Source: the human T2T-CHM13v2.0 reference genome, Homo sapiens. Taken from it: a stretch of DNA of 64,000 bases. Shown here piece after piece: positions 11,905 to 28,560 of the stretch. How positions within the stretch are numbered: position 1 is the first letter of the stretch; each line of letters opens with the position of its first letter. A program made the position numbers and the translations under genes. The notes under the pieces are model-generated. The model was not told where the DNA came from. It saw nothing but the letters and a program-made list of their open reading frames with translations, and searched no databases. The stretch is taken from NCBI RefSeq assembly GCF_009914755.1, contig NC_060931.1. One strand, written 5' to 3'.

Positions 11905-12830
11905 AGCCAGGCACAGTGGCTCACACCTGTAATCACAGCACTTTGGACGGCTAAAGTGGCCAACTGCTTCAGCCCAGATCAGCCTGGGCAATATGGCAAA
12001 ACCTAGTCTATAAAATGTACAAAAATTAGCTGGGCATGGTGGTGTTACTAGTGGAGGATGTCCAGGTTCTTGGTGTTTTGAACAAAGAATTGGACAAAAC
12101 ACACACACACAGCAAGGAAAGAATGAAGCGACAAAAGCAGAGATTTATTGAAAACGAAAGTACACTCCACAGGGTGGGAGCAGGCTCAAGCAGGCAGCTC
12201 AAGAGCACTGGTTACAGAATTTTCTGGGGTTTAAACACCCTCTAGAGTTTTCCCATTGGTTACTTGGTGTAAACTCTATGTAAATGAAGTAGTGGTCTGC
12301 AATCAATCTGATTGGCGGCAGAAAGTGACCAATCAGAGGCTGAACTGAAGTTATAAAGTTACACCCTATGCAAACATCTAATTGGTTGCAGAAAACAATC
12401 AACTGGAGGCTGAAGTGAAGTTACAAGGTTATTCTCCTATGCAAATGAAGACTTGGCCCATGACCAGCCTGACTGGTTGTGGGATGAACCAATCAGATGT
12501 ACTTTCAATTTCTCATCTGCCACACAGAAAAAGGAGGGAGTTGCAAAGGGAGTAGCCTCTGGTCCTTTAGTTACTTGGGTATGGAAGGTTGGGGTTTTCC
12601 TTTTGATTTAGTTCTAGGAAGTCAGCATGAATCAGCCTTAGGTTCCCTACCTCCATACCCTATTCTCCTCCTCAGTGGTGCTCACCTATAGGCCCTGCTA
12701 CCTGGGAGGCCAAAGCACAAGGATCACTTGAGCCCAGGTCATGGCAGCAGTGAGCCCTGAGTGCACCAGTGCACTCCAGCCTGGGAGACAGAGTGAGAGC
12801 CTGTCTCAAAAAATAAATAAATAAAATAAA
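11905..12830 (+). mobile_element. AluJ split by a MER51 LTR
   Basis: Left arm 11905-12042; right arm 12675-12830 with (TAAA)n tail. Confidence 0.9.
12043..12674 (-). mobile_element. MER51A-like solo LTR (ERV1)
   Basis: TG...CA ends, 4-bp TSD GTGG (12039-42 and 12675-78), internal CCAATCAGAGGCTGAAGTGAAG-type repeats. Confidence 0.88.
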
Positions 12831-13295
12831 AACACAGAAAGTTCTGTGGAGGATTATGCAAATTCTATGTCATTTTATATGAGAGACATGAGCATCTATA
12901 GATAATGTTGTTCCAAGGGGAGTCCTGGAACCAACTCCCCGTAAGGGACTAGATGACTACATAAACTCTGCCAAAATCCCTGGCTGATAGATTAAATATG
13001 CCCCCAAGTGGCCCAGAGGAGGGGAGAAAGCAGAGACCAGAGAGGAATTGGCTCCTGCAAAATGGACACACACAGGGCTTGCTCTGTGGGTTTGCTATTT
13101 GTTTTTGTTTGGTTTTTAACTGATGGTATATCTCATGTACAGAAAGCCAACAGCTTACATATTTGAAGTATGTACAGACTTGAAATATCAGAGGACAAAG
13201 CATAAGACTAGTGGAAGAACTTAAAATTCCTTGCCTAAAATCAAGAAAGCCCAAGCAAAAGTGCATCCATCTCTACCCAATCCCTGGCCAACTAC

Positions 13296-15194
13296 TGTTA
13301 AGGGTTCTTGGGGTGTCACTTTGCCAGCCAGAAACCTCTGTGGCCAGTGATGCCTTTGCCTGAGTTTTGCTCCACCCACTCAGCCTGGCAGACTGGCACT
13401 ACTGACCTGGATCCCAGACTTGCCAAGGACAAGCCAGGCACAGAGCAGGGAAGGGTGTGTGAATGAGCATGGGGTCCAGCCACTGTGCATAGCTAGGCAC
13501 ACCGGCTGCTGCAGTGGGGCAGGCAGCTCCAGGTGCCAGCATGGGCACTGGCTCCTTGAGAGGCTGCAGCTGGACCATAGCTGGCACCGGAGAACGCAGT
13601 GGTGCCTAGAAGCTTGGAGACTTCCAGGAACCACAGGGCCCCAAAGAGGGAGTCACAGCCCTGGCTCTGGGAGCTCCCAGGTCTGGGCTCCCCAGAGGGC
13701 CACAGCTCTTTTCTCCTCTTCACTCACAACATGGCAAGCAAGAGGCATATTTCAGGCCTGTTTTCATTACAGCTGTTTTTGCCCTGCCATTTAGCAGGTC
13801 CCAAATTCTTGTCCTCCATCCAGGAAGAATGAGGTACGTAGACAAGTGGAGGGTGAGCAAGACAAAGAGGAGCTTTACTGAGCAATAGAATGGCTCAAAA
13901 TAGACCCTCAGTGGGTAGCTCCTCTCTGCAGCCAGGGTGTCCCAAGGAGTGTTCAACTCTTAGCAGAGAGGGTAGCTTCTCTCTGTTAGGCAGGTCCTCC
14001 TAATGAGTGTTCAGCTCTTACAGAGAGGGTAGCTCCTCTCTGCAGCTGGTCATCCCATCATCTCTCCCTCCTCTTCTCAAGTCTGGCTGAGATTGGGCTT
14101 TTATGGGCCTCAGAGGGGAGAAAGTGCATGCAGATTGGTCCATGGGTGGCCATGGATGGGCTGAAAAAGACACCACAAGTTCCCTCTCTGTTCTACAGGA
14201 CTGGCAGCCCAGCCCCCCAGGCTTCAGGCTCTCCTTGGCTTGAAAGTGGAGCTTCACCAGGAACCCCAACCCCTTCCGTCCAGGAGCCTGAGTCTGCCTC
14301 CTGCCACCCTTCCTGGTGCCCAGGCTGTTTGCGCCAAGGGGCTCCTGCAGGCCAGCACCGAGCTGCCCTCAGCACATCCCTCAGCCTCGCTCCCATGTTC
14401 ATTGGTGCCCAAAGTCTGGAGGGTACCAAAGTAGCAGGAGGCTGATGAGTCAGTGCTGCCCTGAGTGTGCACACACCCAGTCAGGGTGGGAAAGCGCAGG
14501 GGTTCAGCTTCAAATTTGCTCCCTGATCGGAGCAGGAGCTGACAGGCGAGAGAGGCCAGGCGGCAGGAGTAGACACCTCTGAGCCTGCAGGGGGAAGGGG
14601 GGCCTTTCCAGGCCCCCAAGAGTGCAGATATGCCTGGGTCTGCAGCCACACCTTGGGCAGCTGCAGCCGCGGGGCTCCTGCCTGCTCCTGGCTCCCACTG
14701 GCTCTACGAAGCAGAGCACTGCCCCAGGCCCAGCGCCACCTCGGAGGACCCCTCTGCCTGCCCCTCTGTGCCCAACTGCACTGCTCCCCCACCGGCGGAC
14801 AACTCGCCCGGCCCATGGCGGAGGCCCCCAGGGCGGCAGGCAAGGTGCAGGTGGCCCGGCAGCCCTAGCCAACCCCGCACAAACGAACCCAATGTTCCCA
14901 TGGCCAGCCCTGCGAGTTCTGGCTACGCCTTTGGCCAGGTGCTCATGGGACCCCGGGACACAGCCGGGAGTGAGGCTGAGGCTGTGGTGGAGGCTCCAGG
15001 CCTGGGAGGGGGTCCTGCCTGGCCGTGCAAGTGTGGAGGTAGCGCAGTAGCTCCCTCGGAGATGCGGGGTAGAGGGGACCCACCGCCACCTCTGCTGCTC
15101 CCACAGTTGCTCCTGCCGCCACTACTTGAGACTCCTCGCTGCCGTCAGCGTAGTGATAGCAGCGGCCACTCCGGATGGCCTCCTGCTGCCATCA
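13296..15194 (-). mobile_element. MER52-family long solo LTR (ERV1), 1.9 kb, GC-rich
   Basis: Reverse strand begins TGATGGCAGCAGGAGGCCATCCGGAGTGGCCGCTGC and ends TAACA; 4-bp TSD CTAC (13292-95 and 15195-98). Confidence 0.88.
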
Positions 15195-15198
15195 CTAC

Positions 15199-17456
15199 CA
15201 AATTACACAGACACCGGGGTAACTTACATGAAGCCATGCATTAAAAAAGAAGTGATAGGAAACCAAAAGAACAGGGCACAGCAATCACTTGCCGTATTCA
15301 CAGGGAAGATAGTTTGCAATTTGTGTCTGGGCAAGTTAACTTTTTACTAGAACAAAAAATCAGCAATTTTCAGAAGAATAAAAAAGAATTTAGAGTTGCT
15401 ACATTTCATAATTTACAATATCCAGTTTTCAACCATGTAAACAAACAGCCCTGTGAGACCTATAATCAAAAAGAAAGAGAGGGAAAAAAAGGCAAAATCA
15501 ATAAAAAGTGACTTCAAGTTGACCTAGATGTTGAATTGAGCGGTTGGAGACTTCTAAGCTATATATATACATTATTCTTCCAAGAATTAAAGATAAATAT
15601 GATACCAATGAATAAATAGAAATCTCAACAAACAAGACTGAAATTTTATAGCTGAAAATTATAACAAATTTTTGAAATGTATTGATGGGCTCAGTGGTAG
15701 ATTAAAAATGAAGGAAGGATGCATATAAAAGCTAATCGAAATTACAAAACTTGGAGAAGACAGAGAAAAGAGATTAAAGAAAAAATAAACAGAGCCTTAG
15801 GATCTATGAAACAATAGCAAATGATGCAACATATGAATAACTAGAATTCCATAGAAAGAGAAGGAAAAAAATGAGGAATTAATTTAATAGAAAATGCTAA
15901 TAGGACAAAGAAGCCTAACAAATCCAAAGCGAATAAATACAAAACCTTCCTAAAATCATCATAATCAAACTGCTGAAAGCCAAAAATAAAGAGAAAATCT
16001 TGGAATCAGAGTAAAACAACCCATCCAGTTAGAAAGACAATGATTGATTAATAGCCCTAAATACAACCATATTACTGATTACATTGACTGTGAGTGAATA
16101 AACACTCTTACCAAAAGGTAAAGATTAGCAGGCTGAATTTAAAAAAGAAAAATCAACTCTATACTGTCTAAAAGAGATGCACTCTAGTAGGGAGATTATA
16201 GTTAACAATAATTTATTGTATATTTCAAAATGACTAGAAGAAAAGAATTATGTTCCCAAAACAAAGAAAGATAAATGTTTGAGGTAATGAATATTCCAAT
16301 TATCCTGATTTGATCATTATACATTGCATAAATGTAGCAAAATATTACATGTACCCCCAAAATATGTACAACTATTATATATCAGTAAAAACACAAAAAA
16401 GAGATGTACTCTAAATTATAAGAAACAAATAGGTTAAAATGATTAAAAAAGATATATCATGTAAGAATAAGCATAAGAAAAGTAGAATAGCCCTATTATT
16501 ATCAGACCCAAAAGACTTCAATAACAAGTGTTATTAGAGGCAAGAAAGTACACTTTATAATGGCATTATATATCATTTCTATACTTACATACACATATAT
16601 AAGAAAGATATATCAATGAAAAACATGTACATATGTAATAATAGAGCTTCAAAGTATAAGAAGCAAAGCTTACATAACTAAAGGTAGAAATAGACAAATC
16701 CACAGTCATAGCTGATTTTAACACACAATTCCCAGTAACTGACAGAACAAGCAAACCAAAAAATCAAGGAAAATATAGAAGATCTGAATGACATTATCAA
16801 CTATCTTAATCTAATTGACGTTTAGAGAACATTGTATGTAACAACTGCAGAAAGTCTCTTCTTTACAAATGAACATGGAATGTCCACCGAAATAGACCAT
16901 ATACAGAGCTAATAAAGAAGTTCCAATTTATTTGAAAACACTGAAATTTTACACTGTGTTCTCTAATCATGACATAATTAAACTAGAAATTAACAAAAAA
17001 CATCAACAAACCTCAAATATATGAAAATTAAATAACTCACTTTGATACAAACCACAGATCAAAGAAATAATTACACTGAAAATTAGAAAATATTTTTCAA
17101 CTGAATGGTCATGAACATTTGTCAGATGCCGCTAAAGCAATGCTTAGAGGAAAATGCATAGCGCTAAATGCTTATATTAGAAAAGGAGAAAGATCTCAAA
17201 TCAATGATCTAAGCTCCCACTTTAGGAAGGTAGGCTAAACGGAGGGGTTAAGCAATTAAACCCAAAGTAAATAGAAGGAAGAAAAGAATAAGATTAGGGA
17301 AGAAATCAATAAAATAAAAACAACAGATGAACAATGGGGAAAAGTAACATAATCAAAAGCTGATTCTATGAAAAGATTAATAAAATTGATAAACCTGTAG
17401 TTACAAGTTAGACTGATCAAGAAAAAGAGCATAAATTTTCAATATCAAGAATAAAA
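15199..17456 (+). mobile_element. Old L1M ORF1 / ORF2-endonuclease region (decayed)
   Basis: A-rich L1 composition; ATAGACCATATA (IDHI) and TTCTCTAATCATGACATAATTAAACTAGAAATT (FSDHxxIKLEI-like); GCCGCTAAAGCAATGCTTAGAGGAAAAT. Confidence 0.8.
16187..16396 (+). mobile_element. 5'-truncated L1MA 3' end inserted into the older L1
   Basis: L1MA-type 3'UTR; TSD AAAAGAGATG(C/T)ACTCTA at 16170-16186 and 16397-16413. Confidence 0.8.
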
Positions 17457-17560
17457 GGCATCCGGGTATGATGGTATGTGCCTATAATTCCAGTTACTCC
17501 AGAGACTGAGGTGGAAGGATCTCTTGAGCCCAGGAATTCAAGACCAGTCTGAGACCTCCA

Positions 17561-17593
<33 letters not shown>
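17457..17593 (+). mobile_element. FLAM (free left Alu monomer) with A28 tail
   Basis: Monomeric Alu: CTTGAGCCCAGGAATTCAAGACCAGTCTG followed by poly(A). Confidence 0.75.
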
Positions 17594-17595
<2 letters not shown>

Positions 17596-17596
17596 A

Positions 17597-18205
<609 letters not shown>

Positions 18206-18573
18206 TTAATGTATACCTATGTAAGCTAATATATAACCTAGAAAAGTAGAAAACTGATGACCTTTTGCATCCTACTTTTTTAATATACTTAAAGTCCTAG
18301 TGCTAATTATGGGAGAACGAGTGATAGACCAAAAAAAATAAAAGCCAGTCTCTTGATTCTTATTTAAGTGCTTCTTCTATTTTATAAACTTGATAACAAT
18401 GGCCTCATCTTATAAACTTGGCAAGGAAAGCTTCTCATGATTTTGTGATGATGATGATGATGATGATAGCTTTTATTGACTGCCTTCTATGTGATATTGA
18501 TAGCACTTGTCTATAGCTATTGATAACATGGTTGGCATTCAAATCTAAATCAACCTTAGTCTCTACATTTTTC

Positions 18574-19241
18574 TGCATATAGCCTGAGTATGTGGTAAAC
18601 TATACCATCTAGGTTTGTATAAGTACACTCTGTCATGTTTGCATAAGGACAAAATTGCCTAATGCCACATTTCTTTTTTCTTTTCTTTTTCTTTTTTTTT
18701 TTTTTTTTTTTTTTGAGACAGTCTCCCTCTGTCACTCAGGCTGGAGTGCAGTGGCATGATCTCAGTTCACTACAACCTCTGCCTCCAGGTTCAAGTGAAT
18801 CTCCTTCCCCAGCCTCCTGAGTAGCTGGGATTACAGGCACCTGCCACCACCCTCAGCTAATTTTTGTATTTTTAGTAGAGGTGGGGTTTCATACCTATTG
18901 CTTCATATGTGCTAGCACAGAGGAATCAGAGAAAAGGTAATCAAATTCTTAGTTATTGAATGGCAAAAGCCAGAGTTAATGTCTGAAATAATAATTTAAA
19001 AATTGGGTTGAACATCTGCATAACAGGCAGAGTGCTTACTTACTGGTCCTTCCTACATGAAAACATATACGTTTGAAGATGGTAGGAATGGAGATGGCCA
19101 GGCTGGTCTCGAACTCCTGACCTCAAGTGATCCACCTGCCTCGGCCTCCTAAAGTGCTGGGATTACAAGTGTGAGCTACTGTGCCCAGCCTAATGCCACA
19201 TTTCTAAGAAGGTATCCCCACTGTTAAGGGATGCATCACTG
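18574..19241 (+). mobile_element. Tigger3/GOLEM (MER7-type) terminal fragment split by an Alu
   Basis: CATATAGCCTGAGTATGTGGTAAACTATACCATCTAGGTTTGTATAAGTACACTCT...GTATCCCCACTGTTAAGGGATGCATCACTG|TA. Confidence 0.8.
18675..19190 (-). mobile_element. AluS (Sx/Sz-like) interrupted by a 203-bp non-Alu insert
   Basis: Alu sequence at 18675-18891 and 19095-19190; TSD TAATGCCACATTTCT at 18660-74 and 19191-205. Confidence 0.93.
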
Positions 19242-20278
19242 TATTTCAGAGATAAAGTCACAGAGCTCATTGAAAGGGGTTAAGCAAGTGAAAGGGGTCA
19301 AGGAGGAGGCTTCAGATAAAAGGGCAAGTGAAGTTAGAGATAACAGGGAAATGGTAAATTTAGAGAGAAATCTAAGGGGAGAGGAAAATAATTAAGGTAA
19401 TTGAGAGAATTCCAAGATGGCCAGTGGGAAATACATGTTTACAGGTCATGAAAGAAGGTAAGGCCAGAGATACAATATATCTATAGTCCCTAAAGCCACT
19501 CCTTAAGGGAGAGTGTGAAGATAATCGGTTGGTAGCAGGAGTTAACACTGCTTAGGTTTCTACTGAGAAGAGCAGAAGCCAGTTCAGTCTCACTCTCTCT
19601 CTTTCTCTCTCTGCAAGCATGAGCTCAGGATGCAAGAAGCACGATGCTTTCTTGTCCAGCAGCATCCACACCCCCAGTACCCAAAACCATACCCTACACC
19701 ATGTTTAAGAGCATCTTAGGTCATTGAAAGGAGTGATCCCATAGAATGACCGAACAGGGACTAAACCAGGTGAGGCCCACATGGCATCTCTCCCAATGAG
19801 AAGTTAATAGGAGATGTGCTGTTCCTGTCAATGGAGGCATTCTTTCTGCTAGCCTCCAGGGAGTTCACCAAAGAAAGCTCTCCAGGCCTGCCATTTGATT
19901 GGATGCCAGATGGCCTGGATCACCAATTCACTCCCTTTATCTTCCCGGCACTGACTCCCACTGGGGCTGCAGGAGCAGGGAATGAATGGTCCCTGGGTGT
20001 TGACTGCACCCCATCAGGTGATCTTTTCAAATCCTGATTCCTCCCCAAGGTATGTTGACTCTGTCATTCTCTCCTCTGCATCCCTACCATCTACAAACAT
20101 ACATGTCTTCATGTAGGAAGGACCAGAAAGTAAGCACTCTGCCTGTTATGCAGATGTTCAAACCAATTTTTAAATTATTGTTTCAGACCTTAACTCTGGC
20201 TTTTGCAATTCAATAACCAATAATTTGATTACTTTTTCTCTGATTCCTCTGTGCTAGCACATATGAAGCAACGGGTAT
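18891..20278. repeat. 204-bp inverted repeat of unique DNA (arms 18891-19094 and 20075-20278)
   Basis: Manual alignment: ~16 mismatches in 204 nt, no indels; spacer ~980 bp. Confidence 0.95.
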
Positions 20279-20427
20279 CTCAGGTATAATTCTCAACAGC
20301 GTTAGTCACTCATCAAATACCAGAAAAACCAAATCTGTTCATTTACTAAAATAGTATCTTACCAAAGTAAGAGAACAAGGCCAAGGACGGATCCTCGGGA
20401 AACATAAACGTTTAAAGGTCTGCTGGA

Positions 20428-20778
<351 letters not shown>

Positions 20779-21044
20779 TCACAGGACACCAAAGAGGTAG
20801 TATTTCCAGGAACAAGGTCAGTAGTGTCCGTGCCATAAAGGAATAAAGTAAAAGACATAGATTTTAAAATGCCCATTGGCATTGCCTCTCAGGTTCACAT
20901 TAACCTTTCTCTCTGGAAAGGAAGTGTGGAATATGGAAACAGAGAGATACGAGTTTCAGTCTTAGCTCCACTCCCTACTCAGTACACACGTGGCCTTGGA
21001 GTTAGCTTCTCATCCACCAATTCAACCTAAAATGCTTTCTGTAG

Positions 21045-21212
21045 GTCACACTCTCAGCGTGCAGTCTTGAGAACAGCGGCACCAGTGGCACCTGGAAACC
21101 TATTAGAAATGCAAATTCTTGAACCGTACCCCAGATGTACAAAATCAGAAACTGTGTTTACCAAGCCCCATAGGGTGCTGTGATACAAACTACAGTTTGA
21201 AAACCACCGAGC
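21045..21212. mobile_element. MER5A (hAT-Charlie MITE)
   Basis: CACCTGGAAACCTATTAGAAATGCAAATTCTTG...AATCAGAAACT...AGTTTGAAAACCACCG. Confidence 0.8.
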
Positions 21213-22854
21213 TGTAGAATTGGTGCAATGTGGAGAAGAGATAAAAACGTACAGAACCAAGGATAGTACTGCTAACACATGGTGGATCTTAAATAGACTG
21301 TCTGTCACCTCTACCCTTCATTCCTACCGTCACTCTGTTCTTCCTCGGCTAACCTTCTTCTAGCCTTTTTTCTTGTTTCTCAGCAATTCCCTTCCTTCTT
21401 TCTTCCCCATTCCATCACAAAGAAACACTCCAACATACTTAACTCTCCTAGGCCAATTATTGATAATGTGGTCCACATGGTGATAAAAGAACCAATTAGT
21501 CCAAATGCATTTTCCTTTCACAGAACAAAAAAAGAGCTAACTGGCTATTTAAAGTCATGTAGAAACCTCCACACACAAAGCCCAATTATTTGGCTGAATT
21601 TTTCACTTTCCAATTGCTTCTGTTGGTGCTATGTAGACAAAACCTAAACTAATTACTCTGTAGGTTTCTGGCTCTAACAGTATCAACAGAATGTGGAAGT
21701 CATAGATTGAAGATGCAGCCAAATGGGGTTCCTGGGAAGAGGAAATAAGCAATGGTTTTTCGCTTAATGTGGGTCCATATTTATTTCTAGTAAAAGCACA
21801 TAATGAAAATTGCTATGTATACTTGCTGACAAACACATTGAAATGAACAGAGCATCATTACTTGGCACAATACAGTTTTTACTCCATAGCTCTTGTTTGT
21901 ATGACATTTTCATCATTTACCAGAACTTTGTTTTTCTAATCACTAGATTGATAGAAGTAAATACGGAGTATCAGGAAGAAAGAAAAAGCTTGAAAACAAC
22001 CAAGTGCCATGCTTTTATCAATCCCATTGCTTAATTGATAATCAGTGCATTTCCATTCAGTTTTAAACCAATTATTGTGATTTAGCTGTACAAAAGAAAA
22101 CTCTCCTTTTAAGCTATTTGAAGTACTAGAAATAACTTTTAAAATGCCACAATTGAAACAGATTTGTATTAGGCAGATTATGTACAATCGAGTATTAATT
22201 CTATTCGGGCAATTGTCAAGAAGCTTCAAAAATATTGTCAGGAGAGTTTGTACTGTGATATATGGAATCGTTTTAACCCTTTTAACATCTCCCTGGTTTA
22301 AAATGTCTTTAGCACTGAGGGACTTATCAATCTTTATCTCATTTCTTTTAGGTCTATTTTTCAACGGCCCCCAGGTGCGCTGGCTTCCCTTCATGAAGGG
22401 TCAGCCTGTATTTCCTGTGCTATTCTCCACATCAGACAAAGAGGATATAAACAGCCTGAGAATCCCAGAACTGATTGCTGGGCTCCTGTGGCTCTCCTGA
22501 ATTAAAATCCTCATGGCTTTGCGGAAATAGGTGAGGGCTTCTTTCTAAATTGGGAACCATATTTAGGAACTCAGGCTTGGTCCTCTGATTAATTTTCTTT
22601 TTTTCTCTTTCTTTCTTCTTTTATTGTTATTATTATTACTATTATACATTTTATAAAGATTTGCAATGTATCAAGCATCGTTGAGTAAATCTCCACCCGA
22701 AATTCAACCATGTAAAATGCTAGGTTATTGCCAGGTTGGTAAAATGATCTGAGCCGGCCAAATTGTAGCCAGGCAGATGGGAGCTCCAGAGCCAGGGAGA
22801 CAATTGCCAATTACACGATATCTGAAATTTACATCACTGGGGCATTTTGGAATA

Positions 22855-23030
22855 TTTTTACATATATTACATCAGTTAATTCTGACAGAACCTTATGAGG
22901 GAGATATGTCTGTTACTCCCATTTGACAGATGAGAATGTTGCCATTCAAAGAGGTCAGGTACTTTGCACAAGGAAGCAGATCATTGTCATTCTCATCTCT
23001 AGCCCAGATGTGACTCACTCAACAGCCCTA
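22855..23030 (-). mobile_element. MIR
   Basis: CCCATTTGACAGATGAGAA...AGAGGTCAGGTACTTTGCACAAGG core. Confidence 0.65.
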
Positions 23031-23294
23031 GCTTTCATCCACCATTCTGTAATTTCCTGTCTTTGTCACTCTCCTTAAAGCTAAAAACCTTACCCAGAAC
23101 CCCAGCTTGGTGTAAAAACAGACTTTCCCAGTAACACCAGAAGTTCCAAAAACTACAGAACTCTGCCTCTCCTTTGCCCCCAGTGTCACGCTCTTTCTGC
23201 CTGATAAGACCTTATAACCTCTTTCAGGAACCACCCACTTCCCATGTTGAGTGCCGCTTGAATCACACGAAGTGGTGTTAACACTTATGATATG

Positions 23295-23455
23295 ATCTTA
23301 ACCGAGTAGCTTGGCCTCTCTTATCTCAGCTTCCTCTTCAGCAAAATGAATATAATAATAATAGTCATGTACTTTTGTCATGTGGATCACAGATAGCATA
23401 GATGTAAAGCCCCTGCTCTAGTACCCTAGGGACCTAGGTGCTCAATCAATGAATG
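23295..23455 (+). mobile_element. MIR
   Basis: TCTCAGCTTCCTCTTCAGCAAAATGAATATAATAATA core. Confidence 0.6.
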
Positions 23456-23730
23456 GTACCATCCTTGTTTTTGCCAGTGCAGCTACCAGTTTCTCTATAG
23501 TTTTTTTTTTTTTAATTTTTAAAATTATTATACTTTAAGTTCTGGGGTACATTTGCCAAACATGCCAAACGTTACATAGGCATACGTGTGCCATGGTGGT
23601 TTTCTGCACCCATCAACCCATCATCTACATTAGGTATTTCTCCTAATGTTATCCCTCCCATTGCCCCCCCATCCCTCCCATTGCCCTGATGTGTGATGTT
23701 CCCCTCCCTGTGTGCTTGTGTTCTCATTGT

Positions 23731-27553
<3,823 letters not shown>

Positions 27554-27617
27554 TATGATGCTAGCTGGTTATTTTTCCCATTAGTTTATGCAGTTTCTTC
27601 ATAGTGTTGATGGTCTT

Positions 27618-28560
27618 TACATTTTGGCATGTTTTTGCAGTGGCTGGTGCCAGTTTTTCCTTTCCATATTTAGTGCTTCCTTCAGGAGCTCTTGTAAGGC
27701 AGTGCTGGTGGTGACTGGATATGAAGTCATGGGTTGAAAATTCTTTTCTTTAAGAATGTTAAATATTGGCCGCCACTGTCTTCTGGCTTAGAGGGTTTCT
27801 ACAGAGAGATCCACTGTTAGTCTGATTGGCTTCCCTTTGTGAGTAACTCAACCTTTCTCTCTGGCTGCTCTTAACATTTTTTCCTTCATTTCAAGCTTGG
27901 TGAATCGGACTATTATGTGTCTTGGGGTTGCTCTTCTCAAGGAGTATCTTTGTGGTGTTCTCTGTATTTTCCTGAATTTGAATGTTGGCCTGTCTTGCTA
28001 GGTTGGGGAAGTTCTCCTGGATAATATCCTGAAGAGTGTTTTCCAACTTGGTTCCATTCTCCTCGTCACTTTCAGGTACACCAATCAAAGTAGGTTTGGT
28101 CTTTTCACATAGTCCCATATTTCTTGGAGGCTTTGTTTGTTCCTTTTCATTCTTTTTTCTCTAATCTTGTCTCCGTGATTTATTTCATTAAGTTCATCTT
28201 CAATCTCTGATATCCTTTCTTCCACTTGTTTGATTCTGCTATTGATACTTGTGTATGCCTTACGAAGTTCTCATGCTGTGTTTTTCAGCTCCATCCGTCA
28301 TTTATGTTTTTCTCTAAACTGGTTATTCTAGTTAGCAGTTCCTGTAATGTTATATGAAGGTTCTCAGTTTCCCTGCATTGGGTTAGAACATGCTGCTTTA
28401 GCTTGAAGGAGTTTGTTATTACCCACCTTCTGAAGCGTACTTCTGTCAATTCATCAAACTCATTCTCCATCCAGTTTTATTCCCTTGCTGGCAAGGAGTT
28501 GTGATCCTTTGGAGGAGAAGAGGTGTTCTGGTTTTTGGAATTTTCAACCTTTTGCTCTGG
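27618..28560 (-). pseudogene. L1 ORF1 remnant with an internal deletion near 27715
   Basis: LIGVPESDEENGTKLENTLQDIIQENFPNLARQANIQIQE; MENEFDELTE. Confidence 0.85.

Larger units (their letters stand above)
11482..12961 (+). mobile_element. MER2 (Tigger-family MITE), split by an AT-rich expansion, AluJ and MER51
   Basis: TA|CAGTAGGCCCTCTGTATCTGTGG left end, CTGAACATGTACAGA core; right part 12832-12961 GGAGTCCTGGAACCAACTCCCC. Confidence 0.85.

Noticed and set aside
13380-15244. Dense cluster of overlapping 60-204-aa ORFs
   Set aside because: All fall within the GC-rich MER52 LTR, where stop codons are rare; no recognisable protein.
18892-19094. Insert interpreted as a retrocopy, NUMT or small-RNA pseudogene
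   Set aside because: No poly(A) or TSD, no recognisable mitochondrial or snRNA similarity, and a near-identical donor sits ~1 kb away.
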